Assembly: GCA_904373265.1 (NCBI GenBank)
Contig: CAJFEE010000008.1
Location: 1,132 to 65,131, forward strand
DNA: 64,000 nt
Source of the DNA: Candidatus Harrysmithiimonas galli
GTDB taxonomy: Bacteria > Bacillota > Bacilli > CAJFEE01
Direction: 5' to 3'
In this document: one piece after another, positions 28,708 to 37,466 of the stretch
How positions within the stretch are numbered: the stretch's first letter is position 1
Layout of the letters: every line of letters starts with the position of its first letter
Program-made: the position numbers and the translations under genes
The notes under the pieces: generated by a model
The model's input: only the letters and a program-made list of their open reading frames with translations
The model's database searches: none
What the model was told of the DNA's origin: nothing

Positions 28708-28756
28708 TAAAAAAATGCAAAATCAATGATCATTCATCAATTGATTTTGCATTTTA
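28708..28756 (-). terminator. Terminator of the CoA-transferase...PEBP operon
   Basis: atgcaaaatcaat / attgattttgcat stem; on the minus strand it is followed by T7. Confidence 0.7.
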
Positions 28757-28810
28757 TCTCAGTCTCTTTCTCAACGATTTTTAGCAGTAATGTTCATAGA
28801 CCGAATACAA

Positions 28811-29311
28811 TTAGTTTTTATACTCACCCTTAATCACAACTTCTTCTAAAACATGCCCTTCCATTTGTCTAAACATTTCATTCATATAAAAACCAGGTTT
28901 TAAGTCAAGAACTGTGTCTAATGCATATACACGAAGTTCATAAATATGTGGTGCATCTGGTGGTGCCATCCCTCCATAGTAGCTACATGATTCAGCTGGA
29001 TGTGACCCTCCTTGAATACTTAACCAACTGTTTACACCTTGTACAAAATCTTTTGCAGTTTGACTTTCGTTTTCTTGCAATTCATCGCGCTGAATATTTG
29101 CTGCTACCCAGTGCACCCAAACAAATCCACCGCTGACTGGAAATGCATCTTTGTCATCTAAAACCAGTGCGTAACTTTTTGTTCCAGCTGGTGCATCTTC
29201 AATTTTTACAGGAATGGAATACGTTGGCATACCTAATGCATTTAATTCTCCACGCTTACCATACTTATCTTCGAATACTCCGTTAACGATTGCACTACTT
29301 GTTACTTTCAT
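28811..29311 (-). CDS. YbhB/YbcL (PEBP, Raf-kinase-inhibitor-like) family protein, cytoplasmic form
   Basis: 166 aa with VNGVFEDKYGKRG...DKDAFPVSGGFVWVHW...YELRVYALD, typical of bacterial PEBP. No signal peptide. Confidence 0.85.
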   Translation of the reverse strand: MKVTSSAIVNGVFEDKYGKRGELNALGMPTYSIPVKIEDAPAGTKSYALVLDDKDAFPVSGGFVWVHWVAANIQRDELQENESQTAKDFVQGVNSWLSIQGGSHPAESCSYYGGMAPPDAPHIYELRVYALDTVLDLKPGFYMNEMFRQMEGHVLEEVVIKGEYKN

Positions 29312-29336
29312 TTGTCATTTCTCCTTTATGATTTTT

Positions 29337-30221
29337 TTATTTAATATGAATATGATGACCACTATAATTTCCTTGAATAATCGTTGTTTGCCATTTTGAC
29401 AGATCCAATAATTTTTGGAAATTAATATTTGTCTCATATCCCATTTTCTCTAACATATAAACCAAATCTTCTGTTGCTGTATTCCCAGATGCACCTGGTG
29501 CAAATGGACATCCTCCAAGTCCCCCCAATGTAGACTGAACTTCAGTTATCCCACACTCAATGGCTGCCAATGTATTTACCATCCCCATATTACGTGTATC
29601 ATGAATATGGATTTGAAATGTACAATCTGGATAAATTTCCAAAACTTTCTTTATAATTTCTCGGACTTGTTTTGGATGGGCAACACCAATTGTGTCGCAA
29701 AGATTAAATAAACGAATCCCCTTTTCATATAAGTTTTGTAAGAAATCTAATAAAGCAACAATACCTAGATCCCCTTCAAATGGACAACCAAAAACAGTCG
29801 CAATATCTACACATACCTCAAGCTGTGGATACGTATGTAAAATACGCTCTAGCTCTTCCAACGATTGTTCTCGTGACCGATTGATATTGGCACGATTATG
29901 GCTTTCACTTAATGAAATAACATTTGTCACCTTTTTTAGACCCGTTTCATATGCCATTTGTGCACCACGCAAATTGGGTACAAGCGCAAATAAATCAAGT
30001 GTCGGATACTTTTTTAAACAAATTTCTACAATTTCTTTTGCATCCCGCATTTGTGGAATGGCTTTGGGGCTTACAAACGATGTAATTTGCATATGCTGTA
30101 TACCAGCATCTACGAGCTTGTCAATGATTTTTAATTTTGTTTCAACAGGGATATAATCGCATATGTTTTGAAATCCGTCACGTGGTCCAACCTCAAAAAT
30201 TTGAATTTCCACCAACATCAC
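29337..30221 (-). CDS. HMG-CoA-lyase-family (HMGL-like) acyl-CoA lyase; citramalyl-CoA lyase candidate
   Basis: 294 aa with EVGPRDGFQN and HIHDTRNMG...GGLGGCPFAPGASGN motifs. Confidence 0.85.
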   Translation of the reverse strand: MMLVEIQIFEVGPRDGFQNICDYIPVETKLKIIDKLVDAGIQHMQITSFVSPKAIPQMRDAKEIVEICLKKYPTLDLFALVPNLRGAQMAYETGLKKVTNVISLSESHNRANINRSREQSLEELERILHTYPQLEVCVDIATVFGCPFEGDLGIVALLDFLQNLYEKGIRLFNLCDTIGVAHPKQVREIIKKVLEIYPDCTFQIHIHDTRNMGMVNTLAAIECGITEVQSTLGGLGGCPFAPGASGNTATEDLVYMLEKMGYETNINFQKLLDLSKWQTTIIQGNYSGHHIHIK

Positions 30222-31366
30222 TCCTTATATACAGATTTTCTTACATATACATAACCATCCATAATCATTCTTGCTGTTCGATATACCCCTAGCTTTGTAA
30301 TCTTATCTCCAACACATTTGGCTTCAATCGGAATTACACCTGATGGGTGACCAATTTTTAAAATATCTGCCTGCTTTGCTTGATCAGATAATAAATCCCA
30401 TACAATACTTCCTTTGATTCTTGCAGCTGCACCTGTAGCAACCGTACCTGTTACAGGATAAGCTTTATGCATTTTTAACATAAATGTCAATCTAGAAATC
30501 ACATCTACATCATCTGGACAGATTTGAACACCATTGAAACATTTATGTGTCGTTGGAGCACTTACCATTGCAAAAAATGGTTGGTAAGGTGTTTCAACTT
30601 TTGCATCTTGCCAATGTTTGACCATCCCGATTTTCTCACATACTTTTCCACGAATTTCTTCAATTCGCTCCAGCAATTTTTCATCGCTATCAATTTCCAT
30701 AGGTGTTTCCGTACCTTTTAATCCAAGCTCCTCTGCACGGATAAAAATAACAACATTTCCTGCATCTACAATGGATACACTATATGTTTCTCCACCTGCT
30801 TCAATAAAATCTTTGGCTTGACCTGTTGGTAATAGATGTCCAGTAATTCCACCGACAACATCTGACCAATCTAATGTAATTTTCGCACCTGTACCTGGTA
30901 CACCGTCAATGGAAAAATCTCCTTGTACTGCTGCACGACCATTTTTTACAGGAACTTCAGCTACTAATATTCTCCCAGTATTGGTTAAATGAATCCGAAT
31001 CGTTGTAACTGGCTCTTGAATCCGAACCAATCCCATATCAATTGCGAAAGGTCCTACAGCTGAAGAAATATTTCCACAATTTCCACCATAATCAACAAAT
31101 GCATCGGTTATACTTACTTGTCCAAATGTATAATCAATGTCAGCATCCGGATGGGTAGCCGAACCAATAATAGCAAGCTTACTTGTCAGTGTATCACCTC
31201 CACCTAAGCCATCAATTTGTCGCAAATCAGGACTCCCATAAATTGCAAGAATGACTTGATCTCGAAGTATTGGATCTTTTGGTAATGCATTTTCTAAAAT
31301 AAAAATTCCTTTACTCGTTCCACCTCGAACAATGGCACAACGAAGCATTTCCATCTCTGAATGCAT
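30218..31366 (-). CDS. PrpF / methylitaconate-delta-isomerase-family isomerase
   Basis: 382 aa with RCAIVRGGTSKGIF N-terminus and a YGGNCGN motif. Confidence 0.85.
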   Translation of the reverse strand: MHSEMEMLRCAIVRGGTSKGIFILENALPKDPILRDQVILAIYGSPDLRQIDGLGGGDTLTSKLAIIGSATHPDADIDYTFGQVSITDAFVDYGGNCGNISSAVGPFAIDMGLVRIQEPVTTIRIHLTNTGRILVAEVPVKNGRAAVQGDFSIDGVPGTGAKITLDWSDVVGGITGHLLPTGQAKDFIEAGGETYSVSIVDAGNVVIFIRAEELGLKGTETPMEIDSDEKLLERIEEIRGKVCEKIGMVKHWQDAKVETPYQPFFAMVSAPTTHKCFNGVQICPDDVDVISRLTFMLKMHKAYPVTGTVATGAAARIKGSIVWDLLSDQAKQADILKIGHPSGVIPIEAKCVGDKITKLGVYRTARMIMDGYVYVRKSVYKE

Positions 31367-31415
31367 ATTTTCTCCTCCTAAATTCTTATGATCAAATTCC
31401 TGTACAATAAAAGAC

Positions 31416-31907
31416 TCATAATTTTTTTTTCAAATATGAAATAAGTCCTCCTGATGATACCAACTCAATAATGTGCGGCGGAATTTTATCACAAACATAT
31501 GATTTCCCTGTAGTTAAATTTTGGATAATCCCTTTTTCATAATCAACTTGCAGTTTATCGTCTGCTGAAATTTCATGTGTATCTTTGCACTCAATCGCAA
31601 GAATTCCTAAATTGATACAATTTCGATAAAAAATTCTTGCATAGGATTTTGCCAGGATGGTTCGAATCCCTAGTTGTCGTAAAGCCAGTGGAGCTGTTTC
31701 ACGACTTGACCCTGAACCACAGTTATTTTCCGTTACAAAAATATCTCCAGGATTACACCGTTTTGCAAAATCTGGATCAATTGGATACATTGCATATTTT
31801 GCAGCCTCTTCAATCGGTAATTCCATATATGCAGGTGGAGAAATAATATCTGTATTGATATTATCTCCATATTTCAAGGCTTTACCTACTCTACCAATCA
31901 TGACCAT
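31416..31907 (-). CDS. Aconitase-family hydratase small subunit (short LeuD/HacB/DmdB-like form)
   Basis: 163 aa with GDNINTD and GSGSSRE motifs. Confidence 0.85.
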   Translation of the reverse strand: MVMIGRVGKALKYGDNINTDIISPPAYMELPIEEAAKYAMYPIDPDFAKRCNPGDIFVTENNCGSGSSRETAPLALRQLGIRTILAKSYARIFYRNCINLGILAIECKDTHEISADDKLQVDYEKGIIQNLTTGKSYVCDKIPPHIIELVSSGGLISYLKKKL

Positions 31908-31933
31908 CCTCCGTAAATTATTATTTTTTTATT

Positions 31934-33193
31934 TTACAAAAATTGACGTGGGTCTGTTAACTCTCCAGTAATTGCAGAGGCTGCTACAGATAATGGTGAG
32001 GCTAAATAAACTTCTCCTTGCTTACTTCCCATACGTCCAATAAAGTTTCGATTGGTCGAAGAAATACAAACTTCTCCCGCACCAATCGCACCTGAGTGTA
32101 TACCTAAGCAAGCCCCACAGCTGGATGCCAAAACAACTGCACCTGCCTCAGACAAATCAGATAAAATTCCTTCTTTTGCACAACGATCCCATATCTCACG
32201 AGAAGCGGGGGAAACAAGCAGACGAACCCCTTTGGCAACCTTATGTCCTTTTAATAGCTTTGCTGCAAGTTTCAAATCATTATATCTTCCACCTGTACAA
32301 GAGCCAATATAAGCCTGATGAATCTGTCTTCCCTGTACATTTTTAATTTCTGTTACATTGTCTACCTCATGTGGACAAGCACATAATGGTTCAATTTCTT
32401 CTGCACGTAAGTTGTATGATTCACAATACTCAGCATCTACATCACTTGTAAAAATATGTCCACCTTTTACACCAATGGAATCTAAATATTGCTTTGTAAT
32501 CTGATCATATGCAATAATCCCATTTTTTGCTCCTGCTTCAACTGCCATATTGGTTACACAAAGTCGCTCATCCATCAACATACTGTCAAATGTACTGCCA
32601 GTAAATTCGATTGCCTTATAAGTTGCTCCATGATGTCCAATGATCCCGATTGAACGAAGAATCACATCTTTTGCCATGACACCTTTAGAAAGTTTACCTT
32701 CAAATTGAAAGCGAATGGTTTGAGGAACTTTTAACCAAATTTCTCCTGTTGCCAAAACGCCTACCATTTCTGTAGAACCAATCCCTGTTGAAAACGCGCC
32801 AAGTGCACCGTACATACAAGTATGTGAATCTGTTCCAACAACAACATCTCCTGGTGCTACCCTTCCTTTTTCAACCATCACTTGATGACAAGGTCCTTCA
32901 AATTCATGATAATTTTCAATTCCGTTTTTCATAGCCCATTCTCTTGTAAACTTTACAATTTCTGCCTGCCTTGCATTCGCTGGTGGTGTATAGTGATCTG
33001 AAATAATGGTTACCTTTGATGAATCCCAAACTTTTGCACCTAAAAGCTCCATCTGCTCTGAAATTTGTACACGTGGTCCAAGAATATCATCCATCATTGC
33101 TTGGTCAACCTTTATCCATAAAATATCTCCAGCTTTTGCATAATCTTTTCCAGATGCTCTTGCCAGAATTTTTTCAGTCATCGTCATCCCCAT
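31934..33193 (-). CDS. Aconitase-family hydratase large subunit (short LeuC/HacA/DmdA-like form)
   Basis: 419 aa with VGTDSHT, IGSCTGGR and SCGACLG Fe-S ligand motifs. Confidence 0.85.
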   Translation of the reverse strand: MGMTMTEKILARASGKDYAKAGDILWIKVDQAMMDDILGPRVQISEQMELLGAKVWDSSKVTIISDHYTPPANARQAEIVKFTREWAMKNGIENYHEFEGPCHQVMVEKGRVAPGDVVVGTDSHTCMYGALGAFSTGIGSTEMVGVLATGEIWLKVPQTIRFQFEGKLSKGVMAKDVILRSIGIIGHHGATYKAIEFTGSTFDSMLMDERLCVTNMAVEAGAKNGIIAYDQITKQYLDSIGVKGGHIFTSDVDAEYCESYNLRAEEIEPLCACPHEVDNVTEIKNVQGRQIHQAYIGSCTGGRYNDLKLAAKLLKGHKVAKGVRLLVSPASREIWDRCAKEGILSDLSEAGAVVLASSCGACLGIHSGAIGAGEVCISSTNRNFIGRMGSKQGEVYLASPLSVAASAITGELTDPRQFL

Positions 33194-33206
33194 TCGAATC
33201 GACTCC

Positions 33207-34406
33207 TTACAATACTTTTTCTTCTATGAGTTTGTCGATCTCTTCTTTTGTGAATCCAAGCTCTTTTTGTAAAATTTCTACCGTATGCTCTCCAAGAATT
33301 GGTGCATGTGTAAATGTATCAATCTTATGATTGGTTAACTTGATCTGATTGCCTGTCATTTTAAGTTTTCCAGCCTTCGGATGGTCAATTTCTACAAACA
33401 TTTCCCTTGCACCTGCAATATGCGGATCTGCAACTACTCGATCAATGGTGTTAATCGGCGCAGCAGGAATCCCTACTGCGAGTAATGCCTCAACGGTTTC
33501 ATCAATTTTTTTGTCTTTTAACCATTCTTCGATAATTGGTTTTAACTCTGCATGATTTAAAACACGCTCATTATTACAAGAAAATCTATCATCTTCTAAA
33601 AGCTCTGGTGTTCCCATTACATCACATAATAAGGAAAATAACTTATCATTTCCTGCACCAATTACAAGACTACCATCCTGTGCTTTAAAAGAATCGTATG
33701 GGTAAATTGCTTCATAACGGTTTCCAATACGATTAGGAACTTTTCCTGTACACAAATAAATAATATTAATGATTTCAAGAGAAGAAACCATGGAGTCAAC
33801 CAAAGCCACATCGACTTTCTCACCTTCTCCTGTTTTTAAACGATTAATATAAGCAGCTAAAACACCTACACAGCAAGACAATCCTGCCATAACATCTGCA
33901 ATGGCTGTTCCTGTTCTTGTAGCTTCTCCACCAGGCCAACCTGTTGTGCTCATAAGCCCACTCATTGCCTGACCAATAATGTCATAGCCAGCCCGCTTGC
34001 TGTAAGGCCCGTAGTGTCCAAAACCAGAAATAGAACCATAGATAATGCTTGGATTGATTTTCTTTAACTCTTCATAACCAAGTCCTAGCTTCTCCATTAC
34101 ACCTGGACGATAATTTTCAATTATGATATCACTTTTCTTTACAAGCTCTCTAAAAATTTCTTTCCCTTTTTCAGATTTTAAATTTAACGTCATCCCTCGC
34201 TTATTTCGATTGAGGTTCATATAATACGCACTTTCTCCGCCAACAATCGGATAATTTGAACGTGAATCATCTCCTTTTCCTGGTAGTTCAATTTTCAAAA
34301 CATCGGCCCCCATATCCGCAAGCATCATTGCACAGTATGGGCCGGCTAATACTCTAGATAAATCTAAAACTTTTACGCCACTAAGTAAACCTCGTCTGCT
34401 TTGCAT
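33207..34406 (-). CDS. Family III CoA-transferase (CaiB/BaiF family)
   Basis: 399 aa with VLDLSRVLAGPYCAMMLADMGADVLKIE. The RBS aaaaggagg precedes the ATG. Confidence 0.9.
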   Translation of the reverse strand: MQSRRGLLSGVKVLDLSRVLAGPYCAMMLADMGADVLKIELPGKGDDSRSNYPIVGGESAYYMNLNRNKRGMTLNLKSEKGKEIFRELVKKSDIIIENYRPGVMEKLGLGYEELKKINPSIIYGSISGFGHYGPYSKRAGYDIIGQAMSGLMSTTGWPGGEATRTGTAIADVMAGLSCCVGVLAAYINRLKTGEGEKVDVALVDSMVSSLEIINIIYLCTGKVPNRIGNRYEAIYPYDSFKAQDGSLVIGAGNDKLFSLLCDVMGTPELLEDDRFSCNNERVLNHAELKPIIEEWLKDKKIDETVEALLAVGIPAAPINTIDRVVADPHIAGAREMFVEIDHPKAGKLKMTGNQIKLTNHKIDTFTHAPILGEHTVEILQKELGFTKEEIDKLIEEKVL

Positions 34407-34494
34407 ATAGAAAACCTCCTTTTTTCATATTGCTGTGCTAATTTTGTTAGCCAGTTTATTCATAACCTACTTTATACAAAATTAAAATTTATTT

Positions 34495-34514
34495 TTATGC
34501 ATAAGTTATGCATA
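34495..34514. promoter_or_regulatory. Tandem TTATGCATA x2 upstream of the CoA-transferase operon (candidate operator)
   Basis: ttatgcata ag ttatgcata, read directly, ~90 bp upstream of the start codon. Each unit contains the palindrome TATGCATA. Confidence 0.35.
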
Positions 34515-34554
34515 GATAAATCCTCTCATCTTTGTACTTACTTAAATAAAACAT

Positions 34555-34617
34555 AAAAATAGAAAAACTCTTGATACAAATAACTTAGTAATTCTCTAAG
34601 TTCAATATATCAAGAGT
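34555..34617 (-). terminator. Terminator after the hxlR-like gene
   Basis: actcttgata (34567-34576) pairs with tatcaagagt (34608-34617), with an inner aacttag/ctaagtt helix. A T-run follows on the minus strand. Confidence 0.55.
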
Positions 34618-34628
34618 CGCTTTATAAA

Positions 34629-34650
34629 GTAAATTACTTACTTTTTTGTA
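34629..34650. repeat. 22-nt repeat copy 1: gtaaattacttacttttttgta
   Basis: Identical to 36148-36169. It contains the imperfect palindrome GTAAATTACTTAC. Confidence 0.9.
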
Positions 34651-34683
34651 GGTATATACTTACTTTTTGGTTTGTATTTAAGC

Positions 34684-35055
34684 TTATTCATCTAGTAAAC
34701 CTTTCTTTAGTAAAATTTCTTTTTGTCCATTTTGCAACATAAATTTGATACCTAACTTTTGATAAATTTCTAAGGCACGCAAAACCTCTTTTCCGTTTTC
34801 TGTTAAAAAATACTCTGTTCGCAAAGGATAGGTATCCTGGCTAATTTTATCTACAAGCCCATAAGTCTGAAGCTCTTTTAAATGCTGCATTAACATTTTT
34901 TCTGTAATTCCATTAATATCACGGCGGAGCTGAGAAGGGGTTGTTGCCCCAAGACGTAAACGCCAAATAATAATACATTTCCATTTTCCTTTCATCATGT
35001 CATGAATCAGTTCCAATGGACAAGTATAATTTTCTCGAATCAGCATACATCTCAC
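34684..35055 (-). CDS. HxlR-family (MarR-like winged helix) transcriptional regulator
   Basis: 123 aa with CPLELIHDMMKGKWKCIIIWRL, characteristic of the HxlR family. Confidence 0.85.
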   Translation of the reverse strand: MRCMLIRENYTCPLELIHDMMKGKWKCIIIWRLRLGATTPSQLRRDINGITEKMLMQHLKELQTYGLVDKISQDTYPLRTEYFLTENGKEVLRALEIYQKLGIKFMLQNGQKEILLKKGLLDE

Positions 35056-35459
35056 CTCTATATTATAGATTCATCCCGACACTTTATATTTCTCAATAAA
35101 GTACATATAATTTAAGTATAAATCATTTTTTTATAAAAATAAAACTTTTACTTTACTTTGAAAGGCTTATGTATTTTATATATCTCTATGAAAAAAAGAA
35201 AAGATACACATCTCTTTTGAAAAATATTTCTTCAAAAAAATTCACATCGTACATACAAAATATATGCTACCACAAGTTTGTAACCAAAAAGTCTACAACA
35301 TGTTAATCCATCCATGAAAAAACCCCATCATAAACCGCCTAAATTCCCGATTTACAATGAGGAGCCATTTCTCTTATTCATACAATCCACAACAATTGGA
35401 TTAAAATTGTTTATCTATCTTTTGAAAGAAATTCCATATAAAACAAGCAATATCCTGAA

Positions 35460-36083
35460 TTAATTTTTATATGTACCTTTCAAAGTATACTCTGCTAGAA
35501 TATGACCATCCATCTGTTTATACATATCGTTCATTAAAAAACCATTTTCTAAATTTAACATTGTATCCAATGCATAAACATGTAGTTCATATGTGTGTTC
35601 TGCATCAGGCGGAGCCATTCCACCATAAAAACTAGAAAGTTCTTTACTTTGCTCTCCACCTTGAATACTCATCCAACTATTTACGCCTTGTACAAAATCT
35701 TTTGCTGTCTGGCTTTCATTTTCTTTTAATTCTGTTTTGGTAATATTCGCTGCTGTCCAATGAACCCAAGAAAACCCTCCACTAACAGGAAATGCATCTT
35801 TGTCTTCAAGTAGTAAGGCATATGAAACTGTGCCTTCAGGTGCATTCTCAATTTTTAATGGTAAAGAATAGGTAGGTATACCATTTTCATTAAACTCCGT
35901 GCCTCTTTTTCCATATTTATCTTCAATAACACCATTTACAATGCCACTACTTGTAACTGTCATAGTTTGTTCTTTTTCATTTGATGAAACTTGTGGCGTA
36001 TCCTCCTTTTCTTGACAACCTGACATTATCAAGACAAATATAATTACAGCTAAAAATCCAATGATTGATGTGTTCCTTTTCAT
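35460..36083 (-). CDS. YbhB/YbcL (PEBP) family lipoprotein, paralogue of 28811..29311
   Basis: 207 aa. Lipobox LIMSGC after a hydrophobic signal. The mature part is ~70% identical by eye to the 166-aa paralogue. Confidence 0.85.
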   Translation of the reverse strand: MKRNTSIIGFLAVIIFVLIMSGCQEKEDTPQVSSNEKEQTMTVTSSGIVNGVIEDKYGKRGTEFNENGIPTYSLPLKIENAPEGTVSYALLLEDKDAFPVSGGFSWVHWTAANITKTELKENESQTAKDFVQGVNSWMSIQGGEQSKELSSFYGGMAPPDAEHTYELHVYALDTMLNLENGFLMNDMYKQMDGHILAEYTLKGTYKN

Positions 36084-36147
36084 CTTCTTCTCTCCTTTTT
36101 ATAAATAAATTGATTACCTTCTCTATTCTAAACAAATTCCATCATAT

Positions 36148-36169
36148 GTAAATTACTTACTTTTTTGTA
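36148..36169. repeat. 22-nt repeat copy 2: gtaaattacttacttttttgta
   Basis: Identical to 34629-34650. It lies 65 bp upstream of the PEBP lipoprotein start. Confidence 0.9.
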
Positions 36170-36238
36170 TGTATCTGATTTTTTTCATAAAAAACCTACT
36201 AAGACAGTGACTTTATAACATATATTTTGACTATATGC

Positions 36239-36343
36239 AATTTTATAAAATATTATATAATTAAAAATAAAATTTTATTAAATGATATATAATATAAAAT
36301 AATTTTATTTTTGAATATTAAATAATTAAAATTTAAATATTAT
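36239..36343. other. Near-pure A/T island
   Basis: 105 bp containing only two G residues. Confidence 0.6.
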
Positions 36344-36671
36344 GAATCTATATCATTTATGATACTTATCTTTTATCTTAACTTAAATCCATGACTTAGA
36401 ATTTACATAAATCAAAGATCAAATAGTAGGAAATATTTTAGGTTATCCCCATTATTCCTATGCAATATGCCAGGCGACTTTCCATAAGCCAGTCACCTAC
36501 ATCTTGAGAAATGATATGGAAAGTTAAATTATAACAAGAAATTTTGAATATTACATTTAGAAACTAACTCAACAAACAATATAATTTGTCACATTCAATC
36601 TAGATATAAAACCCCATATAATATTCATATTTTTAAAATTCTTAGTAAATAATTAATATTTTATAAAACGA

Positions 36672-37080
36672 ATGGAAGCAAGAAAGAAGAAAAGTGAAAG
36701 CAGCAAAGACCAATCCGAAAATCGCTACTTTACAAGTGAAACTCGTCCATATAGATGCGAGATTGAAAATCTGGTGGATGGGGGCCCCTGACAAAGGCAA
36801 GCAAACAATGTCCTGCTCTCTTATATGAATGTTGAAGATATATGATGGGGAAACTGGACGGAACGCTAGCAAGAACTTGTGAAACAGATGGCTAAGCTAT
36901 ATGTGGAAGATCAGCTCAGAATAGGTGTCAATCAGATTTCCCTACCTAAGCACTTGGGACAGCACGTGCTTTGATGACAAGTGGCGAGGATGGATTTGAT
37001 GATAACCACCATAGTCGCCACAAGTTAACAGTTTGAACATGACATGGAAATTCTGAAAAGAAGAACACCACCCGTCAGAT
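36672..37080 (+). pseudogene. Decayed IS256/mutator-family transposase fragment (N-terminal part)
   Basis: Frameshifted pieces NRYFTSETRPYRCEIENLVDG and ELVKQMAKLYVEDQLRIGVNQISLPKHLG resemble the IS256 Tnp segments NGYYER..T.R.G.LEL.VPR.RDG and AL...M..MYV.GVSTRKV..I.E.LCG. It is a GC-richer patch with multiple stops. Confidence 0.35.
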
Positions 37081-37176
37081 CGTTACTTTGTGTACTCCTT
37101 TATAAACTGTACTTTTATGATGATGAAATAATAATATCCCACTCGCATTTTCATTTGCGATGGTGATAATAAGAAA

Positions 37177-37217
37177 GAAATTTCTCTGTGACTCGTATCA
37201 CAGAGAAATTTCTTTTT
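37177..37217. terminator. Strong perfect hairpin (bidirectional terminator; probable end of the his operon transcript)
   Basis: gaaatttctctgtga / tcacagagaaatttc 15-bp perfect stem with a 6-nt loop. T5 follows on plus and a T-rich run on minus. Confidence 0.65.
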
Positions 37218-37466
37218 ATAATTAAAATGAAATAGCAATATAAAGGATAACACTCGGCTATTTTCAATGCAGGAAAACAAACTTGTTTAGGCAGTTATAC
37301 AACCTTTTCCAATGCATCTTACCTCAAATGTTTCTATACCTGTAAATAGATACACAATATGGATATTAAAGATATAAAAAAGCAATGAGTCGCTTGATAA
37401 AATCTTATAAGATTAATTACTAAGTTAAAAGTGTATTGAACAAACCTTTTTGTATTGATGGTTTAC

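Noticed and set aside
29521-29526. C6 tracts inside the HMGL gene (29521-29526) and in the metA RBS (47028-47033) considered as phase-variation sites.
   Set aside because: Six residues is short for slippage. One encodes conserved GG of a core motif and the other is a Shine-Dalgarno sequence. Neither is associated with a frame disruption.
29337-30221. The HMGL-family gene as the leuA missing from the ilv-leu operon.
   Set aside because: At 294 aa it lacks the LeuA C-terminal dimerisation and regulatory region. It carries HMG-CoA-lyase-type motifs and is embedded with a CoA-transferase.
31416-33193. The LeuCD-like pair as a simple duplicate of leucine biosynthesis genes.
   Set aside because: Canonical long-form leuC/leuD are present under T-box control at 51.1-53.1 kb. 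This pair is the short form and is co-transcribed with catabolic-type enzymes.
36642-36872. 76-aa minus-strand ORF.
   Set aside because: It lies opposite the transposase-like debris. It has no RBS or motif, and the region reads more convincingly as a plus-strand pseudogene.
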